Source: Paragordius varius
Taxonomy: Eukaryota > Animalia > Nematomorpha
Reading direction: 5' to 3'
DNA: 64,000 nucleotides
NCBI GenBank assembly: GCA_964247055.1
Contig: OZ176053.1
Location: 1-64,000, forward strand
Shown piece after piece: positions 49,701 through 62,281 of the stretch; positions within the stretch are counted from its first letter, which is position 1, and every line of letters starts with the position of its first letter. The position numbers and the translations under genes are program-made. A model generated the notes under the pieces. The model made no database searches, was not told the DNA's origin, and was given only the letters and a program-made list of their open reading frames with translations.

Positions 49701-51533
49701 ATTCTAATATATACCGATTTAACCATTAAGTGTGTAGACAATATCTTTAACAATTCATATATATGTTCAATATTTGTGTCATAATCCTTAACACTAATTT
49801 CCGTAAAATTTTTTGGGAGCCAGACTGAAAAGGCTGATTTATAGATACAATATTCTATTCTTGGATTGGCCTCGGATTTAAGCACTCTCATCATATCATT
49901 GATTGATAATATATCCGAACAATTGTAATCCTTTGTCCCGACTATATATTTGCAATGAATATCGTAAGTAATTTTACATTCGTTGATGCGATCATTATTA
50001 TCCAGTAGCCCAATTAACTTTAATACATGGGTTTTATTGGCAAAATCATAGATTAAACCATTTCTGTATTCACAAGTACCGATAAAATTGTTGATTTTAC
50101 TAAAAATTTTCATCATATCCGAATCACATTTCAACGTGTTCCCAATAACTATCAATTATCAAAAATACATTGATTAAAACGAATTATTGAATGGGAAATA
50201 ACGTAAATAAATAAATAATAATATTACCTATTGAAACATTTTTTGATTTCATTGAACTCAGCGGCTTAAGAATTTTCTTTAAATAAGGTGAGCTAATGTC
50301 TATGATTTGTAATTTTGGAAATTTGTTCAATTCTTCAATGTCAAATGTCTCAATAAAATTGTTTGAAATGTTCAAATATTCCACATTCATGAAATAAGAT
50401 TGTCCTTTAAGTAAAGCATAATTTTTCAAAGAAGGGAATATGTGTGTAATGTCATTAAAAGCCAGATTTAAGTGTCTAAGATTCGAAAGTTGTTGCCAAA
50501 CATCCATAGTAATAGCAGAGATTTGATTATTTTCCAAGTTTAAAGATTGCAAACTAGTCAAGTTTATATGTAACAAATGACTAGCATTTATTTGACCGTT
50601 CAATTTATTAAATCCCAAATTCAGACTTTGTAACTCAGAACAATATTGGTATTTTTCGTTCATTTTCTCCAATCCAATCTGATTATAACTTAGGTTAAGA
50701 GCTTTTAGGCTGGGATCACACACATCAGTCCAACTACTTAATTCATTACCAGATAAATCCAATGTTTCTATGTTATGCGTTGCATTGAATCCCCCAATGA
50801 CGACGGTTTTTAGGTTGTTTCCAATTTTCAAATATTTTAAAGAAGATGGAACATTTTGTAAATTAATTTTTTCCAAATTTTTAGATAATAAAGTAAGATT
50901 AATCAGTTTCGTTAAATTCTCTAATTCGAAATTCCAAAAATCGGTTAATGATTGCGACGAAAAAGTATGACCATTCACCTCCAAACTTTTTAGTGATGAC
51001 CCCAAATATATGAATAATTTTTCCAATTCAGATTCAGATATTGATTTGTCTACTTGATTAATTTCCAGGCGGTTTAATTTGGGTAAAGGCATCTCCTCAG
51101 TCGTAATAACACTTTTGATTTGTACATTATAAAACTTTAATGCTTTTATCCATCTTAATTTTATATCGTTCAAGTTTAGCACTTCAAAATCGCAATTTAT
51201 AAAATTCAAATTAAAAAATTGCCTATCTGAAGTTCGAAAATCAAAGATATCCTTGTAAAACCCAGACATTGATCCCGAACCACTGTGGTAGATTTGATCT
51301 TCATCATCGACAGAATACTGCAAATCTAATAATTTCGTTAATTCCTCCAATTTATCTTTTAACGTATTCAATTGTTTGTCCCCCATCTGGCTGCATTTTA
51401 TTTCGTTTAATACACATTTGCATGGTTTGGTTATATTGAGGCACCAATCTCGAATAACTTTGTTCTCAGTGAATTCCTTGTGAGCATTAATAAAGGGATA
51501 AACGAAGGAAAAAAGTAGTATAGGTAAAAACAT
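46771..51533 (-). CDS. Secreted leucine-rich-repeat protein (two LRR blocks separated by an LRR-CT-like cap); last exon tentative
   Basis: The two long ORFs join through a 79-nt GT-AG intron (50227-50149) giving NVSIVIGNTLKCD. Exon 2 ends at a GTATGT donor (48946), and a phase-compatible Cys-rich exon lies at 46955-46771. Signal MFLPILLFSFVYPFINA, N-cap C..PCKC....KC, LxxLxLxxNxI repeats. No TM or TIR domain found. Confidence 0.8.
47158..47202 (+). pseudogene. Isolated protein-kinase catalytic-loop-like fragment
   Basis: GIVHHRDLKSETLL* resembles IVHRDLKxENLL, but no flanking kinase subdomains are recognisable. Confidence 0.3.
47441..48930 (+). mobile_element. hAT (ZMYM1-like/TTF zinc finger) transposon remnant in the LRR gene intron
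   Basis: AGTGGCGTACC...GGGCGC hAT-like end at 47441. Fragments SWFLYSP, NQNLPFRGH, YVSSKIQNEFI and IFDSTPNIAH...EFFLGF lie in different frames. The right end is missing. Confidence 0.75.
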
Positions 51534-54500
51534 TGATAAACGAAAAATAAATGTAATGATAAAATATAGACTTTTACAGACTGCTAAAATTTTTGAACTC
51601 TAAAATTTGGTAATTCAGCGAATTGTTGTTAATCTTACCTTATATGGAGTTTACATTAAACAAATTTTGGTAAATGTAGAGAAATTACAACGAAAATAAA
51701 TGATTGATTTTTTGGAAAATTTATAATTAGAAATATAAATAAACAACCTATAGAGTTATTGTAATGGTAATACTTATTTGTTTCTACTGCGTGTTACCTC
51801 TTCGTAGAATAAACTTTATTACGCACATAGTAAAAAGTATACAATTAAAATTGATATTATTCTGATTTGATATACAGTATGTATTTTAGCCTAACAGGTG
51901 AAATGGTTTGAAAAATATTGATACATAAAATTACTTCGTACTGCATATATTGACGTTTATCATTAAATTATAGCCATGTGATTGAGCCTGTTACCCTAAT
52001 CATGTGTATGAAAGTATCAGAATTATATTTGTAAAGCCCCATAAATTATTATATTTATATGATTATAGGGTTAAAGAATTAAACTTAAAATACTTAATGC
52101 AGATATTTTTTTACAAAAACAATTATAATTGTTTAAACCTACATTTTTCCGATATAATTTATAATTGAAATTGTGAGTATAATTAATTTACATCTCGTTT
52201 TTTGCGCCCAAGAAGGTTATATTAAAAAATTATGGTTTTTGGAAAAATAATTGTCGTATAATAACAATTTTTACTATATATTAATGTCCTTGAGCCACTA
52301 AATTACTGTTTTTGAGATGAATTAAATTGATTATAACGTGACTACTATGGAAAAGAAGCCGGAATTGCAGAAAAATTAAATAAAAAACTGGATACTAATT
52401 AACTCTCAAGGAAAGTAAAAAAATTTAGGAATATCTTTGCCCCCCACCTAATATGAAACGTAAAAGAGTGTTAATTATATATCGCCTTTTTAAATTCTTT
52501 TAAAATAAAAGCAAAAATGTCATCGAGCATTAATATATATGTATAAAATTTTGACATCCAAAATAGTTTTTTCCGAAAATATGCAGAAACCGAAATTATG
52601 AAAAAACGTAAAAATGTAAAGAAAAATATTTTTTCTATAATACAATGATTTATATATACTGATTCTTTAAAATCAGACTCCTTGTTTATAATTGCAAAGT
52701 ATGGAATATATATTTATATATAACTAACACAACCAATCTATATTTTACAGTTGATGTAAAATTAAGGTTTAAAGTATGGTCATCTAGAAAAAAAATATTC
52801 GTCTTTATATTTTTAGCTTTTGTTCCTATAATTTTAATTTTTATCGTATTTAAATATTCAATTTATAATTAAATATAGTTAAGTTTTACTATCTTTTAAA
52901 ACATGGTGGATAAAACGCTTTCATTTTATATAATTCGATGATTTTAACATTATCGCCTCAAAATTTCGATTAATATATTCGTTTCTTTTTAAATTGTAAA
53001 TAATTTGTTTTTTAAATTGCCAACGAGCTTAATATCTGAAATGTCGGAAACGGCTGGCTATTTATATTATATCTTATGGCCTTTTCATACCGCTTCCACC
53101 ATTCTCAAAATAGTATGTAATACGTTTCAATAAAATTTTGCTATAAATATTTTAACGCAAAATACCTATTTTTTGGAAAAACTTTTTTTGATGTTAATAG
53201 AATGAATTAATATTTTTGCGCTCTCAGCATTTTTACGTTTTTTAAGAGGGTTAACCCATAAGAGCGAAAAATTGGACTTTCGCAGCCCGCATCTATAAAA
53301 TAATATTTGGAAATTTGACTTTTTATATATATTAGTAATATATTTTGGAAGGAAGCATTTATTTATCAAAAAAAATTGCCATTTTCTGATATGGAGTAGT
53401 TACTACAAAGGTGAATATAACTTTCTTATATCATTCGTAAGCAAACTCAAAAGATCATGGTATACATTTTCCTTTCAGAATAAATATATTTCTATCAGGA
53501 TATTTTGTTAAATCCCTTGATTTTGGACACAGTGATAATGAATTTGAGTAAACAAAATTAAAATTAATCAAAAGTTATAAAAACAAAAATAAAACTTGAA
53601 TTTTTACTAAAATATCATATATTTATTTTGTGTTAAGTTAAATTTAAGAACCCTATTCCATTATGATTCGAGCAGAAATAAATTATTAAACCATCACGAA
53701 TATGCCAATCCTAGTTTTTTTACCGCAAAATGAACCAATTATCTTTTACGAATGGAGGCTATTTTAGCATAGAAACTCTATCGATTCTACAATATTTTTT
53801 TGTAGAAATGATAAAAGGGTGATTAATATATGTTAATATAAAAAATATAATTTATTAAAAAAGCAGTACCAAAGTTAGCGCAGTATAGACGCAGTTGTTT
53901 TTCGAAACCCAGTACTATACTGCGAAAAATAGACTATCTGGTCATATTACTATATTTATACATATATATTTTATATATCTTTAAATTGTTTTCGTATTGT
54001 TGAAGTTGGATATAACAAATTATGAGTATGTATAAGCCGATTCGATATGGAAGGTAAAAAAAATTAAAAATATTTAACATGTTTTTTAAAGTCTGAGTTG
54101 AATAAAGCATTAACCTTAAAATACTTTATAGACTATTACCTTTATTTCGTGTAAAGTTAATTGAGTTTAAAAAATAAGGATAAATTACCATTTACAGTCA
54201 TGTATATTTTATTTTATTAACAATTTACTTTTTTCGTTAAATGGGTATTAATATTTGGTAAAGAATGTAAAAACAAGAGCTCTATGGTATTAACCATATC
54301 ATATTTGAAAAAGTAAAAGAAGTGTGGGGGAAGGGCGTGGAATTGGAAAAAAAATAGAAATACATTAAGTACTAACTCTTGAATTTAAAATTATTGTATA
54401 AAAGGGTTAGAAAAATCGTAATTTTTATCTCAAATAAATTTTTTTGTTATGATATTGGAATATTTTAAAAGGGTTATTTACGATAAATGCTATATTATAT

Positions 54501-55015
54501 AATCAATTTGATCCAATTTCGTTAGGATATAACCCTCTTGCGGGTATTTTTTTCCATTATAATGTTAGATTTATGTTGACGCTGGTCTAAGGCAAACACA
54601 AACTATTGAGCCTGGCAAGGATGGTTGTTTTTTATTTAACTTTAGATGTTAATGCGACGGTAAGGAATTGATAGTAGAGATTTGTCCTGGTGTCTTTAAT
54701 AATTTTTTTCCTTTATAATGTTAGATTCAGATTATGTTGACGAAGATATAAGACCCACAAATAATGTCCCTGGCAACGTTGGTTTTTTTCATTTAGATTT
54801 TAGGTGTTAATGAAATCGGGAATGAAAATATGACATTCATTAATCAGAGGAAAAAGGAGGAGTGCCGTTTTTGTTAATTTTAAATATCATTTTTAGTCAG
54901 ATGAAAAAAAGGCTAAAGCTTAAAATTTCGGGAATCTCAGATATCATGAATTAGCGTCTCGTTCTTTTATGGATGATTTAGACATGTCTATAAGTTCTAT
55001 AAATGCTATGAAAGC

Positions 55016-55690
55016 ATGACTCTGGGAATAGAGAAAGAGCCATTAAAAAAGGGTAGGAAAACGAAATGCATTGAAGGTCTAGTCAAGCAGGTCAAAACAA
55101 TCCTCGATAGTGATTGTGAATTGACTGTCGATGAGATTCTCAATAAATTATCTTCAGAATGCAAAATATCCAAAAAAACTCTATATAAAATATTTAAAAT
55201 AATAAACTACACGCGCAAAAGGTGAATTATGGAACCTCAACAGCGCAATTCCTCGCTGGTTATTCAAAAACGATTTGAATATGCCTGTCTTGTGAACGGC
55301 ACACCCTCGGACAAAATCTATTATTTAAATGAGTCTGGTTTATAAATGATAAAAAATGTATTTGATGGGGCGCCGTCAGGACAGGCACCTATCGTAAAGG
55401 GCTTTAATAAAGGTATATCTTTATTTTATAGGTAAAAATGTTTCTTTGTTGAGTATGTTTGGCATATAGCGTGTTGTTAATTATAGTATCACACAGGGAG
55501 CCTTCAATGGAGAGATTTTTAGGCCATTTTCGGATGAGTCTTTGGCTATGTTACCACAAGATGCGTTTGTCATTTGCGACAATGCACCCATTCATGAATG
55601 TTCTATTTTGGGTAATTTAAGAAGGAAGCTTATATATTTACCGCCTTATTCGCCCCATCTTAATCCTATTTAAGGTTTTTTTCACGAATT
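55016..55690 (+). pseudogene. IS630/Tc1-like DDE transposase remnant
   Basis: HTH region (LTVDEI..L...ISKKTLYK..YTRKR), YLNESG (catalytic D>N), GKNVSLL, GAFNGEIF, VICDNAPIH and LPPYSPHLNPI* (E codon now TAA). Removing 55413-55431 (GT..AG) restores the frame. Confidence 0.85.
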
Positions 55691-55824
55691 AAGATTTATT
55701 ATGCAAAAAAAAACCAAGATGCACTACATTCTGGGAACAATATTGCCAAATCAAAAGAGCGACGAGAGAAAAACAAAATCTCTTCAAAATTAAAGTTGAG
55801 GGAATTACGCATTATATTTATGAA

Positions 55825-57097
55825 ATTTATTAAAAAAAATAAGCTAAAATGCGTACAAATATAAAAAATATATATTTTAATTTTCGACTTTAATAGTAAA
55901 GTCTTTATCGAAAAAATATTAAATGAATTGTAACGTAATAAGATGCCTTATATAGTGTGATATAGGTAATTGATGAAAAAAACCAGTAACATTAAAAAGT
56001 ATTGTATACTGGAAAAAATCAATTACCTTTACAACATTATAAAAGACATAAATATGATAAGTGTTATGGATGTGAGATAATTATAGTGGATTGATTAAAG
56101 TGATATTGTTATTCTATTAATATATAATTCCAAATAGGAGACAATATTAGACCATCGTCCCTATTAAGTGATGCATTGTTTTTCTTAATTTCTATTGACT
56201 CGCGTATGAGACGCTTGTTGTAGTTTTCTATATTTGTAATCACCTTAGTGTCCGCAATGAAGTGTCCTTCCTTGCAAACGTGTTCAGATAAACCTGAGGT
56301 GGGTTTATTAAGACGAATGTATTGGGAGTGTTCACGTAAACGGACATCTATACTTCTACCACTTTCACCTATATAGACGCTTTCACATGAACATGTGGCC
56401 TTGTATATACCAGGTAGTCTGTTCTTGGGTATCGGATCTTTGTATTTGATTAAGTTGATCAGTTTTGTCATTGGCTTATACACTGTACGGATATTAAATT
56501 TATTGAGAATATTACCGATTTTTGTGGTAACATTATTAATGAAAGGTAAGGTGGCTGTGGATACAAAATTGTTATCTTTTTTGTTTGAGGTTTTGTGAAG
56601 AATTTTATCAAAAAGTTGTTTGGAGTAGCCATTTCGTTGGAACGTATGTTTGAGATTTGATAATTCTGTGGTTAGAGATGCTGAGTCACATAGGTCATAG
56701 GCTCTATGGATGAGTGTTTTAATAACTGAGTGTTTTTGAGCTGGGTGGTGGTGTGAGTGAGCGTTTAGGTAGAGGTTAGTGTGGGTTAGTTTGCGATAGA
56801 TCGTGTGATTGAGATGGCCATCGGGTGTTTTGGTAATGTATGTATCTAAAAAACTTATAGAGGTATTATTGTATTCCATGGTAAAATTAATATTTTTATT
56901 CATTTTGTTTATATGATCAAAAAAATTACGTAACCTGTCTTCTCCGTGGGGCCATATAACAAATATGTCATCAACATAACGTAGCCACATGGTAGGGAGA
57001 AATTCGGAACTGTTAAATATCTGTTTTTCCAGGTTTTCCATATAAATATCTGCAAGGATTGGTGATATGCTTAGTCCCATTGGTGTACCATTGTTTT
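55825..57097 (-). mobile_element. 5'-truncated Penelope-like element (RT C-terminal half + GIY-YIG), left arm of a palindrome
   Basis: ORF 56109-57101: GTPMG.SISP.LA.IYME, WLRYVDDIF, SFLD, YRK.THTNLYL, GIYKATCSCESVYIGESGR. Confidence 0.95.
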
Positions 57098-58265
57098 CCA
57101 TGTGGCTACGTTATGTTGATGACATATTTGTTATATGGCCCCACGGAGAAGACAGGTTACGTAATTTTTTTGATCATATAAACAAAATGAATAAAAATAT
57201 TAATTTTACCATGGAATACAATAATACCTCTATAAGTTTTTTAGATACATACATTACCAAAACACCCGATGGCCATCTCAATCACACGATCTATCGCAAA
57301 CCAACCCACACTAACCTCTACCTAAACGCTCACTCACACCACCGCCCAGCTCAAAAACACTCAGTTATTAAAACACTCATCCATAGAGCCTATGACCTAT
57401 GTGACTCAGCATCTCTAACCACAGAATTATCAAATCTCAAACATACGTTCCAACGAAATGGCTACTCCAAACAACTTTTTGATAAAATTCTTCACAAAAC
57501 CTCAAACAAAAAAGATAACAATTTTGTATCCACAGCCACCTTACCTTTCATTAATAATGTTACCACAAAAATCGGTAATATTCTCAATAAATTTAATATC
57601 CGTACAGTGTATAAGCCAATGACAAAACTGATCAACTTAATCAAATACAAAGATCCGATACCCAAGAACAGACTACCTGGTATATACAAGGCCACATGTT
57701 CATGTGAAAGCGTCTATATAGGTGAAAGTGGTAGAAGTATAGATGTCCGTTTACGTGAACACTCCCAATACATTCGTCTTAATAAACCCACCTCAGGTTT
57801 ATCTGAACACGTTTGCAAGGAAGGACACTTCATTGCGGACACTAAGGTGATTACAAATATAGAAAACTACAACAAGCGTCTCATACGCGAGTCAATAGAA
57901 ATTAAGAAAAACAATGCATCACTTAATAGGGACGATGGTCTAATATTGTCTCCTATTTGGAATTATATATTAATAGAATAACAATATCACTTTAATCAAT
58001 CCACTATAATTATCTCACATCCATAACACTTATCATATTTATGTCTTTTATAATGTTGTAAAGGTAATTGATTTTTTCCAGTATACAATACTTTTTAATG
58101 TTACTGGTTTTTTTCATCAATTACCTATATCACACTATATAAGGCATCTTATTACGTTACAATTCATTTAATATTTTTTCGATAAAGACTTTACTATTAA
58201 AGTCGAAAATTAAAATATATATTTTTTATATTTGTACGCATTTTAGCTTATTTTTTTTAATAAAT
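57098..58265 (+). mobile_element. Second, shorter Penelope-like copy in inverted orientation, right arm of the palindrome
   Basis: Reverse complement of 55825-56992, with only two amino-acid differences over ~290 codons (L/P, H/R). End symmetry holds: 55825+58265 = 56992+57098. Confidence 0.95.
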
Positions 58266-59380
58266 CTTTTCAAAATTATTATAATTTTTAAAAAAGAGTT
58301 TTAATTGATGTTGCTTTAAAAAAATTAAGGTTGGAGAATGAAAATTCAACCATCATTTATTGTAGGTATCGGAGAGATTTCGTTTCTTAGATCGCACAGT
58401 ACGATATAAATATATTTTCCACTTGTTTTTTTAAAACGATTTTAATAGAAAAAACATTCAATGGGGTTAAATAGTGGTAAACTGGTATATTCATATGATT
58501 TTATTTTAAATTTCCGAAGAAACGCATTCAGTTCAATACTATTTTTTTAGAAACGCTATATAATCGATATTCATTCCCTATTTTCCTTTATATACACAAT
58601 TGATTACATCCTTAGCTTTTGTCCGTTACAATGTTTGTTTTAATGATTGTGATATTCTATTAAATGAATTTTAATAAATATTTTTTTAATATATAAAAAT
58701 TTAATATTTACGTGGTTAATTTGTTATGTTTAAATAAGAATTTTATCGGAAAAAGAATTAATATAAAAATTTGGCAAAAAATTAACAAAAATATTATTAT
58801 TCCCCTTTAACAATATTTTAAGATTTTTTACCAAAGATTTCCGACGCCCTTCCCCCACGCTTCTTTTACTTTTTTATAGAATATGATATGGTTAATACCA
58901 TAGTCTTGTTTTTACATTTTTACCAAATATTTATACCCATTAACACTTTTTTTCATGCATGAAACCATGTGATTAAAAGCGGCAAGAAACTCAAGGAGAG
59001 TATTATTATTATTTATATTATTATATACTATAAATATATTTAAAAATATGTTTTCCTTTCAGTAATTATTAATCTTTTTCTTTGTTTTGTGGAGTTTTTT
59101 TTTATTTGTATGCTAAATGTAATTTAAAGAGTAATATAATTCATAAGTCATAAGTCATCAAAAATCATTGTTATACATATTATCTCTTTTTTTTCTCAAC
59201 TACTTGGTGCCTAATTATTTTATTTTTACTAGCCTAGCCATAATTCCCTTATATTTTCTTTTATGATTGCTAGACAGAGTGAAATATCAATATTTATAAT
59301 TTATATCCAAATTAACAACATTTATAAAGATTACCCTTTAATTTTATTTATTTTTCTAGATATTTATTTTTTTTTATAAA

Positions 59381-62270
59381 GAGGGTAAGTGAGAGGGAAG
59401 GCAATGGCAAACCACCCTCGTATATTACTGCCAAAAAATAGTTTTACTATATAAACTTAACGCGACTTTTCAAAGTTGGATGCTGGAACGTACGTTCCTT
59501 AACAGTAACAAAACAAGTGATAATTGAAAAGGAAATGGAAAGATTAAACCTAGATATACTGGGTCTAACAGAAACCAAGCAAAAAGGTAGCGCGAAAGTA
59601 CAAAACGAAAATTATACATTGTTAAGATAGGGGAGAGATGACCAGAAATCAGAAGGCGTTGCAGTATTAATAAAAAACAAATTAAATAAAAGTCTCATTA
59701 GTTATACACCATATACACCCAGAATCATGAGTATTAGGCTGAATGCCAAGCCACTTAAATTTACATACATAGTAGTCTATGCTCCTACGTCAAACGCTCC
59801 CAAAGAAGACATAGAGGACTTTTATGCAACGTTGCAAATAGTTTTGGATGAAACGAAGAAAGGAGATATGATTATCATAGGAGGGGATTGGAACAGCAAA
59901 GTCGGTAGAGGTAGAGTAGATCAAATAGTTGGCCCATATGGATTGGGAGAACGAAACGAGGCCGGTGAAGCACTGATCAATTTTTGTCAAGAAAATGAAA
60001 TGATGATAACCAACACATGGTTTCCACAACACAATTGGAGATTATACACACGGACCTCTCCATGTGGTAAATATAAGAACCAAATTGATTACATAATGTG
60101 TCCTCAAAAATGGAAAAGCTCTATAATCGATACCAAAACAAGCAAAAGCAGCGATTGCTCTAGCGATCATGAGCTTCTAGTAACCAAAATCAAACTTAAA
60201 ATAATTAAAAATAAGGTTAAGCAGATATACAGATATGACACTCGGAACATTCCAAATAGTTTTAGAACAGAAAAAAAAGACAGATTAGAAAGATTGGACA
60301 GTGAATGTAGCTCGGAACAATTATGGGGAACGATAAAAAATGTTGTTAATGAAGTGGCAAAAGAAAAAGTGCAGAGAGTAAAGAGGAAAGATAACAAATG
60401 GATATCAGAAAAGAGTTTAGAGATAGCAGAAAAGAGGAGAAAAGCTAAATTAAGAGGTGATAATAAAATGGTAAAATTATATAACAAAGAATTTCAACGA
60501 CAAACAAGGAAGGATTATGAAGATTTTCTTAATAAACATGTCTGGAAGTGGAATTAAATAACAAAAAAGGATTAATGCAACCATTGTTCCAGAAACTGAA
60601 GCAAATGACTCATAAACCTTTTATATCATCCCAAAAGATTAAAAAAGAGAATGGCACCATATTGTGCAAACAAACAGAAGTACGAGAAAGATGGAAGGAA
60701 TACACCCAAAAACTCTATCAGGCTCCTCAAGCAAAGGTGTTGCAATTAAAAGAAGAAGAACGTGATCGAGATATACTAAGAGAGGAGGTTGAATTAGCCT
60801 TAAAACAAATTCCTAACAACAAAGCTATGGGATTAGACAATATCCCAATAGAGTTCATAAAAGCTATTCCTGTAGAAACGTTACACAAGTTATGTCAAAA
60901 GGTGTGGGAAACATAGTGGCCAAACGACTGGACATCATCTGTATATCTCCCAATATACAAAAAAGTGTACTCCAATGCGAGAACTATCGGAACATATCTC
61001 GTATTAGCCACGCTAGTAAGGTCTTACTAAAAGTATTACAAAACAGGATGCACAGTATCATACAGACAGAAATACCAGAAAATCAAGCCGGATTTATGAA
61101 GGGAAAAAGTACAAGAGACCATATCTAAAACATGAGAAGGATAATGGAAACATCAAAAGAGTTCCAGAAAGAATTATACATGTGTTTTATTGATTACAGA
61201 CAAGCCTTCGATTCAATTAACTATGACTCCCTGTGGGAAACATTAAAGTTAGTAGGGGTATCGTCTCACTTAATAAGATTGATTAGCTCTCTCTATGTTA
61301 AACAAAGAGCGATTATTAGAACATCAGCGGGGGACACAGACGAAATACCTATCTTGAAAGGAGTCAGACAAGGGTGTTGCTTATCCCCTTATCTGTTCAA
61401 TATGTGCACAGAAATGATAATGAGGAATTTGGATGGTAAAAATATTGGAGTAAGAATAGGAGGGAGAACAATCAATAATTTAAGGTTTGCAGACGATACC
61501 ACTCTAATAGCTGAAAGTGAAAATGATTTGAAGGAATTGATTGAAGAGATTCGAAAGAAAAGTTTTAGTTATGGTCTTAAGATTAATCCTAACAAAACCA
61601 AAATATTATGTACAGGAAAAAAGCCTACAATTTTTATAGAAGGAGTAGAAATAGAAATAGTTAAACAGTTAACGTTTTGCGCAATTATTTCAGAGGATGG
61701 GTCTTCAATTCCTGACATCAGAAAGAGAATAGGATTGGGTAGAGAAGCGATGACTAAATTAATAAAGATTTGGAAAAACAAAAGCGTAGGAGTTGAAACC
61801 AAAAAAAGATTACTCTACTGTTTCGTTCTCCCGGTCACCACATATGGATGCGAGAGTTGGACTCTCAGAAAAAGGGACAAAGAAAGGCTCATGGCTTTTG
61901 AAAGGAGCTGCTGGCGTAGGATGCTAGGATACACCTGGAAGGATAAAATCAAGAATGGAAATCTAATTTCAGAAATAAAACCTCAAACAAACATACTGGA
62001 GATAATTCTAAAAAGAAAGTTAACATATTTTGGTCATGTCATGCGATCGAATTCTCTGGAGAAAGATACAATGTTTGGGAAGGTAGAAGGGCAAAGGAAA
62101 CGAGGCCGACCACCGATGAGGTGGTTGGATACGATAAAAGAAGAGACCAAAATGACATTGAAAGAGCTCAATATAGCGGTGAAAGATAGAAAAAAATAAA
62201 AAGAAATAGTTAAAACTATGTCCAAAAAGTCGTTTACGACTTAGGAAAAAACCAACCAAACCAACAACAC
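59381..62270 (+). mobile_element. RTE/BovB-like LINE, full length but inactivated
   Basis: 5' motif GAAGGCAATGGCAAACCAC. APE (LGLTETK, VVYAPT, IGGDWNSKVG, NQIDYI, SDH) and RT (FIDYRQAFDS, GVRQGCCLSP, RFADD), then YFGHVMR and GRPPMRWLD. 3' hairpin AGTCGTTTACGACT and a CAAC-type tail. Stops at ~59625 and 61126; frameshifts at ~60550 and ~60900. Confidence 0.93.
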
Positions 62271-62281
62271 ACTCATTTTAG

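Noticed and set aside
22320-62259. Numerous short ORFs antisense to transposon ORFs (22320, 30863, 31898, 32612, 56395, 57492, 59790, 60167, 61569, 62020 etc.)
   Set aside because: They overlap hAT, RTE or PLE coding regions on the opposite strand and have no independent motifs.
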